A model generated the notes under the pieces. It saw only the letters and a program-made list of their open reading frames with translations. It was not told where the DNA came from and made no database searches. Shown piece after piece: positions 59,261 through 64,000 of a stretch of DNA of 64,000 nucleotides. The translations under genes were made by a program, and so were the position numbers. The first letter of the stretch is position 1. Every line of letters starts with the position of its first letter. Location: assembly GCA_033442325.1 (NCBI GenBank), contig JAWQFM010000017.1, positions 642,816 to 706,815 on the forward strand. The letters are read 5' to 3'. The stretch comes from Salpingoeca rosetta. Its lineage: Eukaryota > Protista > Choanoflagellata.

Positions 59261-60741
59261 NNNNNNNNNNNNNNNNNNNNNNNNNNNNNNNNNNNNNNNN
59301 NNNNNNNNNNNNNNNNNNNNNNNNNNNNNNNNNNNNNNNNNNNNNNNNNNNNNNNNNNNNNNNNNNNNNNNNNNNNNNNNNNNNNNNNNNNNNNNNNNNN
59401 NNNNNNNNNNNNNNNNNNNNNNNNNNNNNNNNNNNNNNNNNNNNNNNNNNNNNNNNNNNNNNNNNNNNNNNNNNNNNNNNNNNNNNNNNNNNNNNNNNNN
59501 NNNNNNNNNNNNNNNNNNNNNNNNNNNNNNNNNNNNNNNNNNNNNNNNNNNNNNNNNNNNNNNNNNNNNNNNNNNNNNNNNNNNNNNNNNNNNNNNNNNN
59601 NNNNNNNNNNNNNNNNNNNNNNNNNNNNNNNNNNNNNNNNNNNNNNNNNNNNNNNNNNNNNNNNNNNNGGGCAGCGAAGTGAAGTGCAGTGCGGTTGGGC
59701 TTTGGGGTTGAGCATGTGTAAACGAAAACAGCCATGCACGAGCCTGCGTACACGCACGAACACGCACACACACACGCACACACACACACGCACACACACG
59801 CACACACACGCACACCGCACACACGCACACACGCACACAAACACACAGATCAACACACGTCCTGTGTAGATGCACGTGGAGTTGTCGCCGCAAAGCGTGG
59901 GCGTGTCCTCGCACGGGTTGACAACATCGCAGCTGCCGCCGTCCGCTCCGTCAAACCCGGGCTTGCAATCGCACTCGTTCGTGTTAGGACCCATGAAGCG
60001 ACACAGCTGCGTGTTTGCATCACAGCCGCCGTAGCCCTCCTTCTCGCACGGGTTGATGGGCCGGCAGTCCGTTTTCTCGGCGTTGGCAGACTCGTAACCC
60101 TCAACACACGTGCAGTGAAACTTGTCTGGACCATCATACACGCAGAGGGAGTTTTCGCCACAACGGCCCGGAACATCCTCGCAGGGGTTGATTGGGTCGC
60201 AGTTCGAATGGTCACTCGTGCTCGCAAACCGGTACCCGCCCTTGCACGCGCACTTGCTCTCGCCAGGGCCAAGATACGTGCACCTGCAGCCGTGAGGGTA
60301 GGGACAAGTGGGCGTTTGTGTGAGTGCGGATGTGTGTGTGTGTGTTTTTATGTGTGTGTGTGTGTGGTTATGTGTGCGTGCATGTGTATGTGAATGAGAG
60401 ACAAAGGGCAAAAGCGCACTCAGTCAGATGCACACACGTGTACACATACGTCTGCGCGCAAGAAGATGCGTCAAGAAGCAATGCACAATTGGGCAACCGA
60501 ACACACAGTCACTCACACTCCGTGCTGCTTGTCGCATCCACCAAAGGTTGACGTTTGGCAGGGGTCGATGGGAAAGCAGTCCTTTCCCGTGTCAGACTTG
60601 AATCCATCCATACACTGGCATTGCACTTGTTCATCGCGCACACACGTGCACGAGGTCGATCGTGCTGGGCCGCAGTCACCGTTGTTGCTCAGGCACAGGT
60701 CGGCTGTTTGGGCGAGGAGATCGAGCCAAACAAGAGACCGG

Positions 60742-60788
<47 letters not shown>

Positions 60789-61952
60789 GTAAGTGGACAC
60801 AACAAGATGGAGAGAATCGTGATCGCACACGCACGCATGCACATATGAACAAGCACACACACATAAGCACGCACACACATGCACATACAAACACACACAC
60901 ACACGCACATAGAGTCGCACAACCACAGAAGCCAGTGGGGCGTACTTGGTGTGTAGTTGATGGTGACGTCGATGTACTTGTTGTCACCGTCGAGGTCAAA
61001 GCGGTGGTCGCGGGAAACTGAGTTGCATCCATCGAACGTGAAGCTGTCCGTGTCACGGCCAAGCTGATTTGGTTGAAACAGAACAGAGCAACAGAGAGGC
61101 ACGAGAGACCGGGCGTGAACATGGTATGTTTGTTCGTACTCGTGGCGGGTGTGATAGATGCAACATGTAGAGTTGTAAGTCATGTGCTGGAATCAAGAAA
61201 GTAGGAACACAACTACATCGGACACCGAACTCACATCATCCGTGTCGCCCCAATGGTTGACACCCGCAAAGCCATCCAGATCGAAAGCGTGAAGCTCCAC
61301 CGAGAACTGCATACAGGAATGAGATGCTCAGGATGAGCAAAAGCGTGAAGCGAAAGGCGAATAGACTGAATGAAGAACAACCGCAAGCAGAGAATGCCAA
61401 CTCACCGTTGATGGGATGTCCGTGTTGGGGAACTCAAGCGTCTCATGCCATGCAGGAGAGTTGTCGTCCTCATCTTCAGTTGTGTGCATCCACCCTGTGT
61501 AATCAGGCACCCTCACTTCCACCACGGTGTCGCTTTCCCCACGTGGCCAGCCGTCACTGTCTTTGACTTTCCCGCCCTTAACAAGGACGGACACTCTGCC
61601 CGCTGTTGAGTAACGGAACGAAACAAAAGGAGAAGCATTTCGAACAAGCAACTCACGGAGTGAGACAATGAGAGAAGTTCCAAGGGCACGAATCTGAGAA
61701 GGTCAACAGGGTGTCTCCCGACGACGAAGACAAGTCTTCTAAGTCTTCGCAGACATGGAGCGATCAAAACGCGTGAAGCCCAGTCAAAACGAAACACGTA
61801 TCGGTCACGACCCTCCTCTTCTGCTTGAACTTCATCACTTCCTCCTTACCTTGAACGCAGAGACGGGGTTGGCTAATGCCTGCAAGCACCACCAACAACA
61901 ACGCCACAAGCACAGCATCGACGAAGCTGGTTCGCACTGTCCGCAGGTCCAT
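56721..61952 (-). CDS. Type-I receptor: signal peptide, extracellular C2 domain, >=8 EGF repeats, S/T stalk, TM, tyrosine-motif tail, no kinase
   Basis: Signal MDLRTVRTSFVDAVLVALLLVVLAG. C2-like GRVSVLVKGGKVKDSDGWPRGESDTVVEV..EDDNSPAWHETLEF..VELHAFDLD..DTDDLG. EGF units INPC..GGC..C...GP....C.C..GY/F. TM WGGIAGGVCGLVVLTTAAVVLV followed by KRRR. Tail YDNP/YDNV/YDIG motifs, ending IYDNVVA*. Confidence 0.85.
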
Positions 61953-63024
61953 GATGTTGCCACAGCGTTTTGCTTTTCTGGTGGCGTGTTTTGCCTGTAC
62001 TGTCCTTTGTCTTTAAAAATAGTCCACTGTCATAGAAATATACAATCATGTGACCTGCGTCGGTGCCGTGAAGCCATGACATTTGACACAACAGCATATT
62101 GACGCCAACAACGGTCACGATCAACGCCACTCCACAAATACGCAGACAGAGACCACCAACAGATCCGCAGAAATGTGTGCGACCCTCATGCGAGAAGCAA
62201 GATTAAACGGGAGAACACTCCAGTACACTCTGGTCGCGACAACAAACCCAGGGCCCGACTCCACCTCGCTTCATGGGTGCTGATACGCACCAGTAATGAA
62301 GGAGGTGAGCACAGGGATAGCAATGGAGGTGTGGTGGAGGTAGCAGACAACAGAGACCTTTCGTCACCACAAAAATAGCACATTGCAAACTCGTAGCAGT
62401 TTACATCGCATGTCCAAACCACACAAACTTGGCACAAACACAACACGACTGACATGTTTTGAAACACGGATGCCGCCAAAAACCAAACGGCCACGACGAT
62501 GATGAGTGTGCAAAGGCGGCGCAAGCGCTTGCGCCAAGCTGTGCTGTGTGGAGCTATCAGTCAACATGTTCTTATCTCGTTTGAGAGATAAGTGCGCTAT
62601 CACCGTGTTCCGAGAGCATGGGGTGTGGTGACTCTGATCAATTTGTCTCAGTTTGACCGAAGAACGTTTGAAAGGTTATTCCGCTTCAGATCGCTTGCCC
62701 ACTTGGAGCGCTTGGCCCGCAGTTTGCAGGTGAGGGACACATACACGGGAGCATATGGCAGACACTCCAGTGGACTGGAAGTGCTCGCTGTTGTAAGTTC
62801 ATGGTGGTGGTGCTGTTGTTGGAGACTTGTGTATGTGTGTGTGTGCAGAGTGTGCTGTGTGTGCTGTGTGTTGTGTGGGAGATTGTCTTGACAAGAGAGA
62901 GTTGTGTGTGTTTACTTGAGTTGTGAAGCAAACAAGGATGTACGATGAATGAACACTCCAACAGAAAGAAACAGAGCAGAAGACAAGAATTGTCGACGAC
63001 GCAAAGTGGTGACGTGGCAGTGTT

Positions 63025-63227
63025 TGTTGAGAGTTGTGTGGTTATGTGGTGTGTTATGCAAAAGCATGTAACATCGAGCAACCACACAAGCTAAACACTG
63101 CACGTGCAACAGGTTGGAGGGAAATCACGTGAACATTCCAGAACACAAGAGAGGTGAATGCAAATTTGTGGTGTCGTGAAGAAGGGAGGTCAATGATGAC
63201 TCAGCAGACAGGACTTGCCTGTCAACA
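63025..63227 (-). repeat. Putative 3' LTR (~203 bp)
   Basis: Starts TGTTGA (- strand, 63227) directly after the PPT (63228-63236). First matching TCAACA end is at 63025, so the distal boundary is tentative. Confidence 0.65.
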
Positions 63228-63450
63228 CTCCCCCGCATTGACCTACCTCTCTGTTGCGTTGATGTTCTGAAACGTGATGAGCATGTGGATGATGTCATGC
63301 ATGTAGGAATGGCATGGGCGGATGTAGGTGAGATGTGAGTAAGGACGTGTGTTGTGGAACACGTTTTATGAAAATGGTTGGTGCCTGTGGTGCGCAGCCT
63401 GTTGTGGAAGGCTGGCCCGAGTGAAGGCGTGTCCTGTGGTGCGCGGCCAC

Positions 63451-64000
63451 TCAGAGGTCCTGACGCGGAGTCGAAGGACGTGGCGACCGGCCCGAATGAG
63501 GACGGGCCCGTGGCTGGCAGCCTGGCAGAGGACGCTGGTCGAACAGCATCGTGCAGAACTGAGCCGTCTTGGGCCGAGGGAGGATCTTCGTGAGGAGATC
63601 TGCGATCATGTGCTCCGTGGCGAGGTAGCTCAGCACAATCCTCTTGGTGTCGACGCACTCGCGGATGTAGTGGTACTTGACGAGGATGTGCCGCATGCGC
63701 GAGGCGGCGTGTTCGGCAACGCGCTGCGCCGGCTGGTTGTCCGTGTGGACGAGCGTGGGCTCGCACAGGACGGCGCCGGTGAGCTCCTCCTGGAGTTGGC
63801 GAAGGAACATGAGTTCCTGTGCGGTGGCTGCGAGAGCCATGTACTCCGCGTCGGCGGAGGCTGTGGCTACGGTGGCCTGCAGCTTGGAGTTCCAGGACAC
63901 GGGGCCCGTGGAACAGAAGACGACGAAGCCCGTGCGGGAACGTCGCGTGTCAACGTCGGAGGCGAACGACGCATCCGAGTACGCTGAGAGCACGCCGTCG
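63451..64000 (-). CDS. pol: Copia pol polyprotein C-terminus (RNase HI domain)
   Basis: LSAYSDASFASDVDTRRSRTGFVV..PVSWNSKLQATVATASADAEYMAL..HTDNQPA..RHILVKYHYIRE..EHMIADLLTK; open frame with catalytic D/E/D/D residues. Confidence 0.93.
   Translation of the reverse strand, partial: DGVLSAYSDASFASDVDTRRSRTGFVVFCSTGPVSWNSKLQATVATASADAEYMALAATAQELMFLRQLQEELTGAVLCEPTLVHTDNQPAQRVAEHAASRMRHILVKYHYIRECVDTKRIVLSYLATEHMIADLLTKILPRPKTAQFCTMLFDQRPLPGCQPRARPHSGRSPRPSTPRQDL

Larger units (their letters stand above)
63025..64000 (-). mobile_element. Ty1/copia LTR retrotransposon, 3' end (RNase H, PPT, 3' LTR); continues beyond the window
   Basis: RNase H motifs in the pol ORF; PPT GCGGGGGAG immediately before TGTTGA; 6-bp terminal inverted repeat TGTTGA..TCAACA. 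Confidence 0.92.

Overview
Intron-rich, gene-dense eukaryotic genomic DNA with six assembly gaps and abundant (CA)n/(GT)n microsatellites, mostly in introns. Composition, intron style and gene content point to a choanoflagellate, probably Salpingoeca rosetta (inference). Most ORFs in the supplied track are microsatellite artefacts, so genes were reconstructed by hand from exon peptides and GT..AG junctions; internal boundaries are approximate. In order, the window holds: CDC73/parafibromin (-, 3' end off-window); a giant type-I membrane protein (+; LamG x4, PLAT-like x3, an unnamed ~170-aa domain x4, furin-like Cys repeats, TM); a PepT1/SLC15-type peptide transporter with the animal-type extracellular domain (+); a Sac1-like phosphatase whose catalytic motif is missing from the assembly (-); WDR11 (+); an intronless acidic orphan (-); TARBP1/Trm3 (-); an NHE/SLC9A Na+/H+ exchanger (-); a kinase-less receptor with an extracellular C2 domain, stabilin-like EGF repeats and a 7-tyrosine tail (-); and the 3' end of a Ty1/copia retrotransposon (-). 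The best candidates for new biology are the C2-EGF-pTyr receptor, the giant multidomain receptor, and a G/U-at-5' versus C/A-at-3' polarity of intronic repeats.
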